IMG/VR virus record: IMGVR_UViG_3300019703_000001
Coordinates: 1-64,000 of that record
Origin: a virus
Taxonomy: Duplodnaviria; Caudoviricetes
Length of the DNA: 64,000 nucleotides
Direction: 5' to 3' (one strand)
The position numbers and the translations under genes are program-made. The notes below the pieces were generated by a model. The model did no database searches. It was not told where the DNA came from and worked only from the letters and a program-made list of their open reading frames with translations. Positions 38,360 to 48,500 of this stretch are shown one piece after another; position 1 is the stretch's first letter; the number at the start of each line of letters is the position of its first letter.

Positions 38360-39300
38360 CCCAACCGCCCGATTAGAGTTCTGCTGTATTTTTGAGTATT
38401 TACGTCAAACCACTCTTTAATCTCTTTTCTGTATTGCATTATCCTTGCGCCGAATGTGGCACTTGTTGCGGACAATGTTGTATTGATAGACTCAGAGACG
38501 TTGTTCAAGTTAACTGACCGGCTGGCAATTGCGGCAAGTTTTCCGTCGCCGTAAATATTCATCAGGGTTACTGCTGCCAATTTTTTAACAATATTTCGGA
38601 ACTCATCAGGGACAGTTTGACAATTTTCATAGCCTGTTTCGTAATCAATTCTAATTATATCTCTTAAATTTTTAAAATAAGGCATTACCAAAAAATTGTT
38701 CCATATATATAAAAACCGACTGCTTCCGGTTGTTGAGTGTCTCGGTCTAAAATTACACACAGAAGAAAATCCTTTTCGTTCCATTCTGTACGGCATTAAA
38801 TCAATGATTGTAGAGCCTCGGTATGGGTCAACAAAGTTTACATTTAATACATTTCTCAGAGGCCGCCTGCGTAACTTTATACGCATTTCCTGACGGGCTT
38901 GTGTAAGTAAATAAGGATAGCCCTCTTCACGGATATATAAATCACCTTTTTGTTTTACGGTCATTTGAGATGTGTAGGCTGCGTCTTCATTAGCTATATC
39001 AAGTCTGGGGATCTCATTTCCATCCTCTCCAATAGGATCCTGAAAGCGTATTCGTCGGGGTAAAATATCAATATTAAGTCTTTCTTCCAAATATGCAATT
39101 GCAACTCTTGCATAATCTAAAAGCTGATCGTCTGTAATTACCTGACTATCAGATTCGGCGATCAAAGCGTTTCCGAACATTTCGTCAAACCGCAATTCGT
39201 CGTAAGATACCAAAAGCCCCCATCTGGGGGCATGGTAATCACTTGTAGTGTCGGGGTTGTTAAAAGCAAATCCGACTCTTGTTTCTTGACAAATACTCAT
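38356..39300 (-). CDS. head-tail adaptor protein
   Basis: IRIDYETGY...VPDEFRNIVKKLAA...SESI adaptor pattern. Confidence 0.78.
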   Translation of the reverse strand: MSICQETRVGFAFNNPDTTSDYHAPRWGLLVSYDELRFDEMFGNALIAESDSQVITDDQLLDYARVAIAYLEERLNIDILPRRIRFQDPIGEDGNEIPRLDIANEDAAYTSQMTVKQKGDLYIREEGYPYLLTQARQEMRIKLRRRPLRNVLNVNFVDPYRGSTIIDLMPYRMERKGFSSVCNFRPRHSTTGSSRFLYIWNNFLVMPYFKNLRDIIRIDYETGYENCQTVPDEFRNIVKKLAAVTLMNIYGDGKLAAIASRSVNLNNVSESINTTLSATSATFGARIMQYRKEIKEWFDVNTQKYSRTLIGRLG

Positions 39301-39306
39301 GTGGTT

Positions 39307-39726
39307 TTATACCTTGTATTCGATTAGGATAATCCCTCGATCATCTGCGCCGTTTGAAATAACCTGTAATCCGTCTACGCCTACAGTCGTTACAGCATCG
39401 TCAATCGTACCGGCATAAACTACAACCTTGTCAACTGCGCAAATCATTGCATCAGTTATCGCGACCGGTGTTGTTGCATTCGTTCTGAGTTGCAATGTTC
39501 CGCTTGCATTTGCAGCGGTACAAATTACTCTTGCGCCGATTATTCGTGCATTCAGCGGAACGCCTGTAATTTCCAGAGCTCCGGTTGCGTCCGCCGTGAC
39601 AGCGAATTCTTTTGTATATGTTATTTCTGCAACCTTTTCAGGGGGCAGATTCTCCTGGAACCATTGCAAGACCTGTAAACCGGGGTTGCCAAAACTTGTG
39701 TCAAAAGGGCCTTTTGGTTTAGCCAT
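39307..39726 (-). CDS. virion protein (possible capsid decoration)
   Basis: Beta-rich, downstream of MCP. Confidence 0.5.
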   Translation of the reverse strand: MAKPKGPFDTSFGNPGLQVLQWFQENLPPEKVAEITYTKEFAVTADATGALEITGVPLNARIIGARVICTAANASGTLQLRTNATTPVAITDAMICAVDKVVVYAGTIDDAVTTVGVDGLQVISNGADDRGIILIEYKV

Positions 39727-40036
39727 TGTTTTCCTCCATTATTTGAGTTGAAACCTGACTTTCAATTTCTTTTATTTTCAGGATAAGATCAAGAGAAGCA
39801 AAAGGCAATTGCCTTGTGCTATCTCTTAAATTAATTTCCTGTAAAAGGAATTTAATTTCATCCTGTGAAAATTCAATCTTAATCAAATCAGGATTATTTA
39901 TAGACACAACATCACTTTCTGATAGTTGTGTCTTGATTAAAATACTCCGCACAAGCATCAGTTCTGAAAGCGATGCCTGCGCAGGTAGTAACTGAGCAAA
40001 TTGTGCCTTTTCCTGTTGCGTTAATTCCAAAATCAT
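39719..40036 (-). CDS. hypothetical protein
   Basis: Coupled ORF. Confidence 0.6.
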   Translation of the reverse strand: MILELTQQEKAQFAQLLPAQASLSELMLVRSILIKTQLSESDVVSINNPDLIKIEFSQDEIKFLLQEINLRDSTRQLPFASLDLILKIKEIESQVSTQIMEENNG

Positions 40037-40344
40037 ATCAGCACTCCGGGAACTTCAAACCCTTTCGCAATCTCTACGTTTCCGGTTATAGTCAAGCCCT
40101 TTTCACATTTCATGGGTGAATGCTCTTGACTGAAACCGGTCAAACCGCTGATCATTGCCCTTCCTGTTCCGTCTGTCAATGTGACTGTTTCTCCGGAAGG
40201 AACCACAATCAATTCAAGCATAAAAAAACCGCTTTCTACTTTAATCGATTGATCGGTCCCGCTAAAGATAACCTGATTAACATGCCGCCTGACATCCGGA
40301 TTTATTTCAAAAGGGGATTGATTTTCTGCTCTATATACTGCCAT
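40033..40344 (-). CDS. virion protein (possible decoration)
   Basis: Beta-rich, immediately after MCP. Confidence 0.5.
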   Translation of the reverse strand: MAVYRAENQSPFEINPDVRRHVNQVIFSGTDQSIKVESGFFMLELIVVPSGETVTLTDGTGRAMISGLTGFSQEHSPMKCEKGLTITGNVEIAKGFEVPGVLI

Positions 40345-40357
40345 GATTTTTTATACC

Positions 40358-41890
40358 TTATACAATATTATAAATATTCTGTCTGGCTTGTTCAATTCCA
40401 ATGTTTCGTATCTCAATTAATACATTCGGCCTATAGTAAATCGGAGCGACATAAAGATTGATTAAACCCTGTTCAAATCGTCCGATTTTTGCCAAGTTTA
40501 CATTGTGTATAGGAAGAAGCTGAGACATTGCCATACAGCGACTTTCTCCGGCTGTTGTCTGATCCACAATGAACATCCTTGCAGTGCCGGGTATATAGTC
40601 GTTTTTATCCTGATACGTTACAGCAGTTAAAGAGTTTGAACTGTTTGCCGGAACCGTATACAGATATTTAAAGTCCCCTGAGCCTGAAACTTTTTCTGAA
40701 TAAATTTCAAAACAAGTAGGAAGCTTAGACCCTGCGTCAAGTTGATTTGGTGTGATGGTTAGGGTTATCGCCCCACCTGCTGCCACAGCCGCTGAGGATT
40801 CCACCGATACACTTGCAACAGAGCGACCATACTCGTTCATTGCCGCAACCCTGTAGTTGTATTTCACACCGGAGGGTCTTGTGGTTGACGCACTAAAATT
40901 AGATCCGGTAACGCCGGTATTATTAGCAAGGGTCACAGTAGGAATGCTCGGAGCCTTTTCGCTTGTAGCTCCCTCTTTACTTGTTCCAGTGTTTCTGTCG
41001 TAGTATACCGGTACACCTCGGGCCTCATAACTCAGGCCAAGAAGCTTGTCAATTCTCGGAGTCATCGAACCAAAACTTGTCATGATTCTGCCGATGTTAC
41101 CACCGATTGTCTGACCGGCTGCTCCCATAGTGGTGTTTTTACGTACCAATTGGCCTTCTGCGGACTGTTCGATGATGTTATGCAAGTTTGTCACAGCTGC
41201 GGGACTCATATAAACTCTACTGTTGTCAGGCTGTCCATTTCCTTCCATTATGAGCTGTGCCGATGTATTGAAAACGCTCATGGTCAAGTTTCCGCCTCTC
41301 AGGTCTCTTACCTGATCGGACGATTGACCGGCAATAGTGGCCTCAAGGCCGTCGAACGCTTTAGGGACCCATGCAGAATTTGATCTATACATAGCCATGT
41401 CCACGTTACGCATAAGCCTCAGCATTGCGGCTTTTTGAGCAAATGCCTTTCGTTCGATAATAGATGCAACATTCATTTCTACATCTCCGACGGTCCAACC
41501 CTCTGACAGATACTTCATAATTACAATTTTCTTCTCAAAATCGGGGTCTCTGAATTCAGGATTCTCCATTTGATTAACAAACCCTCCGTCACTTATGCCG
41601 GAACCGGTCTCTTGATCGAACTCATGCACAGAACTACTTGCGTTTGTTTTGTTGACATCCTGCCAAAAAGTAAAGTCATTTGCATTTAGAGTCAGACTGG
41701 CAAGGGTATTCTCAAGACTTTGCTTGGCAATAACACCGCCTGCATCTTGATATAATGCGTTTACGGACTCAGGGGCCAAAAGAGCTTTTGAAAGTTCCTG
41801 AACTTGAGATAAAGACATTGAGTCTATACCATTTTGACTGTCAGACAGACCGCCTGTTCCTTGTAAAAGAGCCAAAATTTCTTCATTCAT
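40358..41890 (-). CDS. major capsid protein (SPO1/Herelleviridae-like)
   Basis: QSLENTL..LT...DFTFW..V.K..ASSSVHEF; 510 aa; after scaffold. Confidence 0.9.
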   Translation of the reverse strand: MNEEILALLQGTGGLSDSQNGIDSMSLSQVQELSKALLAPESVNALYQDAGGVIAKQSLENTLASLTLNANDFTFWQDVNKTNASSSVHEFDQETGSGISDGGFVNQMENPEFRDPDFEKKIVIMKYLSEGWTVGDVEMNVASIIERKAFAQKAAMLRLMRNVDMAMYRSNSAWVPKAFDGLEATIAGQSSDQVRDLRGGNLTMSVFNTSAQLIMEGNGQPDNSRVYMSPAAVTNLHNIIEQSAEGQLVRKNTTMGAAGQTIGGNIGRIMTSFGSMTPRIDKLLGLSYEARGVPVYYDRNTGTSKEGATSEKAPSIPTVTLANNTGVTGSNFSASTTRPSGVKYNYRVAAMNEYGRSVASVSVESSAAVAAGGAITLTITPNQLDAGSKLPTCFEIYSEKVSGSGDFKYLYTVPANSSNSLTAVTYQDKNDYIPGTARMFIVDQTTAGESRCMAMSQLLPIHNVNLAKIGRFEQGLINLYVAPIYYRPNVLIEIRNIGIEQARQNIYNIV

Positions 41891-42690
41891 TATTTGGCCT
41901 CCAGTTGTTCTATAATATTTGCTATTTTTTGTCGAGTATCTGGAGGTATTTTATTCACATCTTTACCTCTGGACTCAAAAACTACAACCATGTCATCAGC
42001 TCCGGGAATTCCTTGCTTTACAGCCTTCATCAAGGATGTAAGAACCTGCTTATTAGCTTCTGGGGTAATCGTCCCTTGTGGTGTTGCGGCCTTTTGTAGA
42101 GGGGCCTGCATTCCTGTTATGCCTTTCCTGCCGTTAGACTTAGACATGGCTTGATTAAGGTTCTGAAAAATTTCAGCTTGATCCGCTGTAACACTTGCGG
42201 CCTTTTGCATGAGGTCAAATGTTTTTTCGTTTTGACCTTTGACCATAGTAAGCTCCTCATTAATATTGACGATTGCCTTTACCATGCCTTCCAGTACCGG
42301 TGTTATTCCTGTAAAGGTCTCCATGAAGGGGGCAAGATTTTTTGTTTCAAGAAGATAGTCGCCATCTTCGTCAAAATCTTCAAGAGCTTTTTTCATGTCC
42401 TCTGAATAATCGCCCATTTCTTTCATCATTTTAGCACAGGCTTTCTTGTTTTCTTTCATATAACGCCGCATGTTTTTTTCCATATACTCCGGGTTATAAT
42501 CGTCGTCCTTTCCTTCCTTATCCGGTTCGTCATCCCCTTCCGAAGCCTTGGCCTTAGAGAGGTCCAGCTCCTTTTTTAGAGCAAGAAGGGGATTTTCGGG
42601 CTCATTGTTCGCTTGAGCGTCTAAGGCTTGTGCTACTTTTTCCGCCTCTTCCGGAGAAAATCCTTTTTGTAACAGTTCTTCTTTTGTCAT
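41890..42690 (-). CDS. capsid scaffolding protein
   Basis: Acidic helical protein between protease and MCP; many [ML]xKA motifs. Confidence 0.75.
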   Translation of the reverse strand: MTKEELLQKGFSPEEAEKVAQALDAQANNEPENPLLALKKELDLSKAKASEGDDEPDKEGKDDDYNPEYMEKNMRRYMKENKKACAKMMKEMGDYSEDMKKALEDFDEDGDYLLETKNLAPFMETFTGITPVLEGMVKAIVNINEELTMVKGQNEKTFDLMQKAASVTADQAEIFQNLNQAMSKSNGRKGITGMQAPLQKAATPQGTITPEANKQVLTSLMKAVKQGIPGADDMVVVFESRGKDVNKIPPDTRQKIANIIEQLEAK

Positions 42691-42691
42691 G

Positions 42692-43570
42692 TTACATGCT
42701 CCTTTTATTGTTGTATTGTGTTATAAGGGAATAAATTTTATCCCCCGTACTACGCTTGTTTATTTTTTCAAACAGATTTAAGAATTGATCCTTATCTGTT
42801 GGAATTTCATTTTTATTTAGACGCATTAATGTTTCTATCAGTAACAATGTTTCATCTTCATTTAACGTTAATTTTGAAACTGATTTCTCAAGGTCTTGTT
42901 TGGCAATTACACCGCTGGGGGATTCGTAAAGATCCGATACTGATTCAGGAGCAAGGAGAGCCTTGTGTAATGCCTCTTCTTTTTGCATAAGTGCCGGAGC
43001 GTTAGAAATAAATGTGTCCATGTTATCAAATTCAAGGCACAAATCGTTTGCCTTCCTTAATAGCTTTACATTTACGCCAGGCTCTCTGTTTATTACAGAG
43101 TTTCGGGGGGCAATAGCAAGGTGATCAAATTTTATTTGAGGGATAACTCGTTTTTTTTGTCCTTCGGGGCTTGCCACTTCAAGGACCATTTTGGACCCTC
43201 CGACACTTGCCGCATACAATGGGTTATTTGCCTCAAGGTGAGGTAACATCTCTTGTACTCGGGGATGGCTTTTTGTTAGCTCTGCGGTAACTATGGGTTT
43301 TCCGCCTTCCCACCGATAACTTACAGGCTTGCCCATCAGAGCTTGGTTTTTTTCTTCTTTTGTAAGTCGGGGATTTCTGGATTCATGCCAATATTCTATG
43401 ACACCCACATCAATAAATTTTTTCATTGTGGGATCATCAAAGGCTTCTTTCAGGATTATTTCACCCTCTTCATCTTCTGTCAGATGATTGGCGACAATAT
43501 CGACAAAAACAGTTTTGTCATTTGCTTTTTGTAGTGGTTTTATGTCCAATCCGTAAACGTGGAAAAGCAT
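42692..43570 (-). CDS. prohead protease
   Basis: DEEGEII, YWH, ASVGG (HK97-type His/Ser), HLAIAP..VIN. Confidence 0.85.
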   Translation of the reverse strand: MLFHVYGLDIKPLQKANDKTVFVDIVANHLTEDEEGEIILKEAFDDPTMKKFIDVGVIEYWHESRNPRLTKEEKNQALMGKPVSYRWEGGKPIVTAELTKSHPRVQEMLPHLEANNPLYAASVGGSKMVLEVASPEGQKKRVIPQIKFDHLAIAPRNSVINREPGVNVKLLRKANDLCLEFDNMDTFISNAPALMQKEEALHKALLAPESVSDLYESPSGVIAKQDLEKSVSKLTLNEDETLLLIETLMRLNKNEIPTDKDQFLNLFEKINKRSTGDKIYSLITQYNNKRSM

Positions 43571-43629
43571 GTATTATTACCTCAAATTTTTTAAACATGT
43601 TTTCCGTAGATAAGACGTGGATTATTTAC

Positions 43630-43658
43630 ATATTATTTTTTTTAAAAAATTATGTCAA
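43630..43658 (-). promoter_or_regulatory. sigma70-type promoter for the protease-capsid operon
   Basis: TTGACA-17-TAATAT; AGATAAGAC box at 43608-43616 on the opposite strand. Confidence 0.6.
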
Positions 43659-43891
43659 GCTATATTTATAACTTTGTCACAGCTGCGACATTTGGCTGTT
43701 ATCGTTTGCCCATTCGGGGTATTTTTTATGTGTACATTGTAAACATTTATAAATAGATATTCAGTATCATTCTTTATACAAATAGTTTTATTATATTTAC
43801 AATGCGGACACTTGATTTCTATACCGTTTTCAATCTTTATTTTTTGGCTCAATTTTCTTCTTCCTTTTGATATTTTCTCCGGTCTGTTCAA
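43655..43891 (-). CDS. Zn-ribbon protein
   Basis: CPHC...CRSC. Confidence 0.65.
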   Translation of the reverse strand: MNRPEKISKGRRKLSQKIKIENGIEIKCPHCKYNKTICIKNDTEYLFINVYNVHIKNTPNGQTITAKCRSCDKVINIA

Positions 43892-44222
43892 TTGCCTGAC
43901 CGGCTGGAGTTACTGTGTCTTTTCCTGACATTGCGTCAGCAAGCATTTCTGCTATTTTCTTGAAAATCCCTCTCAGTTGAGTTTTTTGTTTATCAGGGAT
44001 TGTTTTCTTGTCTTTATCTTTAGAGTCTTTGGTTTTTTCGGGCTTTTTGTCTTTTGATTCAGTTACGGGAACCCATTTCCCTTCGGCGACTTTCTTCCTT
44101 TTAATACCGTCTTTACCGGTTCTGACTTCTCCGATCCCTGCCCTTTTGCCCTTTTGCATGTCGTCAAGTTTCAAAAAGATTGTTCGTCCATCTTCTTCTT
44201 TGTATAGTTTTAATAATTGCAT
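43830..44222 (-). CDS. basic hypothetical protein, possibly virion-internal
   Basis: MQKGKRAGIGEVRTGKDG..KKVAEGKW; Lys-rich. Confidence 0.6.
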   Translation of the reverse strand: MQLLKLYKEEDGRTIFLKLDDMQKGKRAGIGEVRTGKDGIKRKKVAEGKWVPVTESKDKKPEKTKDSKDKDKKTIPDKQKTQLRGIFKKIAEMLADAMSGKDTVTPAGQAIEQTGENIKRKKKIEPKNKD

Positions 44223-44326
44223 TTACAATGCCTCATTTTTCGTTATATAAACATAAATAAGAACAAAGGTTTATTTTTGTCAAGGATAAAAAAAAATGAT
44301 TTTTTTTAAAAAAAGTGAGAAAAGAC

Positions 44327-44355
44327 TTGACAAAGATAAGACAAGTTGTTATATT
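44327..44355 (+). promoter_or_regulatory. cassette promoter 1
   Basis: TTGACA-aagataagacaagttgt(17)-TATATT, extended TG; divergent TTGACA at 44278-44283. Confidence 0.88.
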
Positions 44356-44401
44356 GTATGTATAAATAAGGCGGCGGCCATAAAACGCAAGGAGAACAAT
44401 T

Positions 44402-44635
44402 ATGGAAAAAAGAATAACAAAAAAAAAGATTTCACTTGGTGTTGTAGTGGAAAGAAAAGGTTTTAGTGATTACTATTACAGTTATTGTCATGAGGGAACT
44501 TGGATGTATGCGGACAGTTTCGGCGGCCCTGTAGTTTGTATTTCTAATGCGGTTTTCCCCGGCATAGAAAATGATAAAGTATGGTGTAAAAACGACTTTG
44601 TAAATGCAATACAAAAATATTTGTCTAAGTTTTAA
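44402..44635 (+). CDS. hypothetical protein (cassette 1, gene 1)
   Basis: AGGAG SD; TAA stop lies inside the hairpin element. Confidence 0.75.
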   Translation: MEKRITKKKISLGVVVERKGFSDYYYSYCHEGTWMYADSFGGPVVCISNAVFPGIENDKVWCKNDFVNAIQKYLSKF

Positions 44636-44679
44636 CCCCTACACTCGGCCCCTTCGGGGGCTTTATGTAAGCGTTAAAA
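44630..44679 (+). repeat. 50-nt attC-like/RNA hairpin element 1
   Basis: TTTTAAC-ccc-TACA-ctcg-GCCCC-ttcg-GGGGC-ttta-TGTA-agc-GTTAAAA. Confidence 0.85.
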
Positions 44680-44700
44680 TTAAATTAAAATTTCAGGAGA

Positions 44701-45270
44701 ATGATTATGAATATCAAAGTTGAACAAAAAGAAGAAAAACTACAAATCTACACCCCTTACAATAAAAATTTTGTATCTGACTTAAAACAGTCAGTTTCTA
44801 CAGCAAAATGGTCAGGGTCCTGTTGGGAAGTTTCTATCGAAGCAAAAGAGCTCATTGACGGTCTATTAAAAGAACACTATGGATATAATCCGGGACAACC
44901 TAAAGTCAAAATTGAGATTACTGCGAAAGAAGAAATTGAAGAAATGACAGGTTCCGTAAACTTTGCAGGGTGTCCGGTAGCATATGCAAGAGGTCGGGAC
45001 ACGGGGGCTAAAGTTTGTGACGGTATCATTAAAATGTCAGGGAATATCAGATCAGGAGGATCGGCCCGATATTATAAAACAATTGTTGAAAAGGGAGCTA
45101 CTTTTCGTCTTGAAACATATAAAAACATTATCGACGAAAAAACATATGATGAAAGCATATGGGATGTCAAGACATTAAGTGAGTCCATAGATAGGGAGGC
45201 CCTTCTTTCAGAAAAAGAACAGCTTTTAAAAAGGTTAAATGAAATTGAAAAACAGTTGCAAAGTAATTAG
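44701..45270 (+). CDS. phage protein with HARP-like N-terminus and C-terminal coiled coil
   Basis: TPYNKNFVSDLK...AKWSGSCWEV; start probably 44707. Confidence 0.6.
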   Translation: MIMNIKVEQKEEKLQIYTPYNKNFVSDLKQSVSTAKWSGSCWEVSIEAKELIDGLLKEHYGYNPGQPKVKIEITAKEEIEEMTGSVNFAGCPVAYARGRDTGAKVCDGIIKMSGNIRSGGSARYYKTIVEKGATFRLETYKNIIDEKTYDESIWDVKTLSESIDREALLSEKEQLLKRLNEIEKQLQSN

Positions 45271-45278
45271 TTTTTAAA

Positions 45279-45292
45279 GCCCCTTCGGGGGC
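45279..45292 (+). terminator. short GCCCC-TTCG-GGGGC intercistronic hairpin
   Basis: Inner stem of the 50-nt element, followed by CTTTA. Confidence 0.6.
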
Positions 45293-45326
45293 CTTTACTT
45301 TTAAACCAATAAAGGAGAATAATTTT

Positions 45327-45530
45327 TTGAAAACATTTGAAATAAAATTTAAAACCGGTGTTGTCATTTTGTTTAAAGGGGCCTCTTTACTTTCGGCCCT
45401 CAAAGAGCTCGAAGGGCTAAAATGGACAATGGAGGATATTATAGAAGCAAAAGAGATAAATATTGACGACAGAATAAATGAGCTCAAAAAAGAAATTGAT
45501 AGACTGGAAAATGATAAAATAAATTTATAA
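45327..45530 (+). CDS. hypothetical protein
   Basis: TTG start with AGGAG SD. Confidence 0.6.
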   Translation: MKTFEIKFKTGVVILFKGASLLSALKELEGLKWTMEDIIEAKEINIDDRINELKKEIDRLENDKINL

Positions 45531-45534
45531 TATT

Positions 45535-45564
45535 AAAGCCCCCTAAGCAGGGGCTTTGTTTTTT
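45535..45564. terminator. intrinsic terminator between convergent units
   Basis: aaagcccc-ctaagca-ggggcttt-gtttttt. Confidence 0.8.
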
Positions 45565-48500
45565 ATTATATATTTTTTCCCGCCTATTTTTACCACTCGG
45601 GCTTTGCCTTCTTTGTTTTCGCAAAAAAATGCTTTGAGCATACTGTCCCGTTCTTTTAAAAATTGTTCACACAATGGATAAATTTCTTTCATAAAAGTTT
45701 GATGGTTTACATAAATTCCAAATTTATTTTGAGTTTCATATAAAACATTATCAGTTCCCTGCTTTATAGCATAATATTGCTCCATTGCTCTTGCAAAGGT
45801 TTCACATGTCCTTAAATAATAATTCTGAGAGCCTTCTTTGATCTCACTACTGAGTTTCAATCTGTTTCTAAAACTTGAAGCAATTTTATTTTCAATTGAA
45901 CCATCTTTATCAGATGCATAATTATAGCCAGTTTTTTCTCCAAGGTACGAATCCATAAAGTGTGTAAATTCATGTGCAAAAGTAAACCCACGTCCTTCTA
46001 TCCCGTCATCAGAAATAGCTATTGTTTTATACTTGGGAACGTAAAGCCCGACTGATTTAGAAGCATGCATTTTTTTCTTGCCTGCATACGAAACTTTAAG
46101 ATTCGATTTTTTGGCCATCTCTTTTCTGTTTCCAAATACAGAATAAAGATCTTCTATCAATAAGCCTATTTTTGTAACATCCTGTTCATCTATTTCAGAA
46201 CCATTTTGTCTTTTGACTTTAACTCCAAAAGATTCTATTAAATCATTTTTAGTCCCGCCTTCTCCATATGCAGTTTCTTTGCCTTTTTGATATGTATCTG
46301 ATTCAATATCGAACTCTTTTTGTATCCTTAAATCATTTATTTTATAATTTAATTCTTTGAGCATTGTCTGGTAATTTTCAAAAAATTGCCTGTTTGCTTC
46401 TGTAGCTCCCTCAAGTTCTTTAATCGTAAATGGCTTTTTTGTAAAATCTTGAATCATAAACGCCTGAGAGAAAGACATGAATTGAGATTTAGGTTGTACT
46501 TTTTTTTGTCGAAAAGCCTTTCTTTTAAATGGCGCATATGTCCACTTTTCCCCTTTTTCCTCGGTTTTCTTTTTTTGTTTATTATACCATTCCTCTTCTC
46601 TATCTTGATCCTGCTCATGCAATTCTTGCTGTTTTGCTCTATATAATTTACGATAATAATCCCATGTAGCAGCGAGTGTTTCGGCATTCATCAAATAATA
46701 ATTTATTTTTTCAGTTTCCTTGTCGGTATCAAGCTCTCTTTTATCTCTTGCTAGTCCTTGTCTTTGAATGGGATACCTTTTTTCTGATATTATATATTGA
46801 TTATTGTCTAATCTGACTATATCAAATTTCTGTTCCCTCCCCTTGTATCCAGCGAAAGCTGTAAGATCCATATCTGGAATATATGATGGTCTTGGAACTT
46901 GCAATATTGTATCTTCATCTGAAAGATACACGTCTTTAGGGTGAACTTTTGAATAATCTGAAATATTAAAAGTTCGAGTCGTTTCACCGGATGGAAGTTC
47001 GGATCCTCCACCAAGTATTATTTTTTGTTTAAATGACTTGGGTTTGTAATTTGGATCGGGAATGTTCATTTTTTTCACATCTTCTTTCATTATATCAGGA
47101 TAATCGGTTAGCACATTTGCAGGAATCACCTTACCATCTTTAATAGCTTTTTTTATTAAACGTTCATGTTCCTTTTTTAACTTGTTTTCACGAATAGATA
47201 ATTTTCTTTTTAAAGATTTAGCTTCTTTTGAATTTTTGTTTTCTATTTCATTATATTGTTTTTGAATATAATCCCATGATGGATTAGGTTTTAATTTATT
47301 ATCTATTTTACCATCAATATAATCTTTTAAAACGGTTTTGTATTCTTTCAATTTTTTTTCAACCCATGATCCGTAACTCACCCCTCTTTTGTTTTCGCTT
47401 TTATCTTTTGCCGCCAACTCTTCAAATGTTTTAGTATAATGGTTAACCCAATCATTTAATTGTTTAATTATAGATTCATCTCTAAAATTCATTGTTTTAT
47501 TCTTAAATTCATCAAAAGTCATCCCCCAAGATTCTTTTTTGTCCCCCATTACCTCCATGCTTTTATCTGCTCTATTTTCAGGGGTTGAATCATTTAATAT
47601 TTTAGTTGTCTTTTTGTCTTTTTTTATTCCTGCTGTAGTTTGCTGTTTTTCTTCAACTTTGGCCTCTTTTTTTACCTCTTCTTGCTTTCCATATAACCCA
47701 TGTATAAGACGCATAACAGAAAGGTTGACCTTGCTATCCTTTTTGACGACAAGTTTCTTTTCCTTCTCTTTTTTAGGTTTTTTATCAATAGGTTTTTTGT
47801 CTTTTTTTTCTGTTTTTTGTTCAAAAAATTTAGTCCATTTTTCTTTATTTTTAAAATATTCAGACAAATGATTTTTCCAGCCGTCCCATGATAGGTTGAA
47901 TTTTGAGTCAATTTTATTCTTTTTGTAATCGGCTTCAATTCGTCGCATTGCTTCACCACGACTTTTAAAAGAAAAAATATCCATTAAATTCTCTACCCAA
48001 GATGCGCCTTTTTTATCTGCTTTCTTGTCATCCGGATATGTATAATCATAACCTCCCCCCGGTTTAAGCGTTCTTTTTGTGTATTTATGCTGTTTCGCCT
48101 TCACTAAGAATTTATTCGGGGCTATTTTCAAAAGCCATTTCTTGTTGGATGTCATGTCCTGCGCCTCCTGAGCTTTTTGCAATTCGTTATTTAATCTCAA
48201 TTGTTCAAAAAAATTATCAAATAATTCATTTAATCTTTTGCGGTCTGATCCTTGAGGATATAATATTTTACCGTGGGCCTCAAGAGTCTTTTTTGGTGTT
48301 ACCAAATATGAGTTTTTTCTCTTTGCGGCTAACATTTTATCCGTTACATAAGCCTCAAAGGACCGGGCAAAGGTTTCGGCAATGTCACTAATGTCGGGAT
48401 CTTTTTCCAAGGTACTCCTGACATCTTCATTATCTATCTGACTAATCTGACTGTTGAAATTCCTTTTACTCAAATCAGCAATGCGCCGGGCTAACCGCTT

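Noticed and set aside
3428-44250. Plus-strand ORFs nested in leftward genes (e.g. 3428, 7255, 19134, 20622, 34948, 40120)
   Set aside because: Antisense shadows without SD or motifs. Only the same-strand nested ORF 12304-12738 has a recognisable motif.
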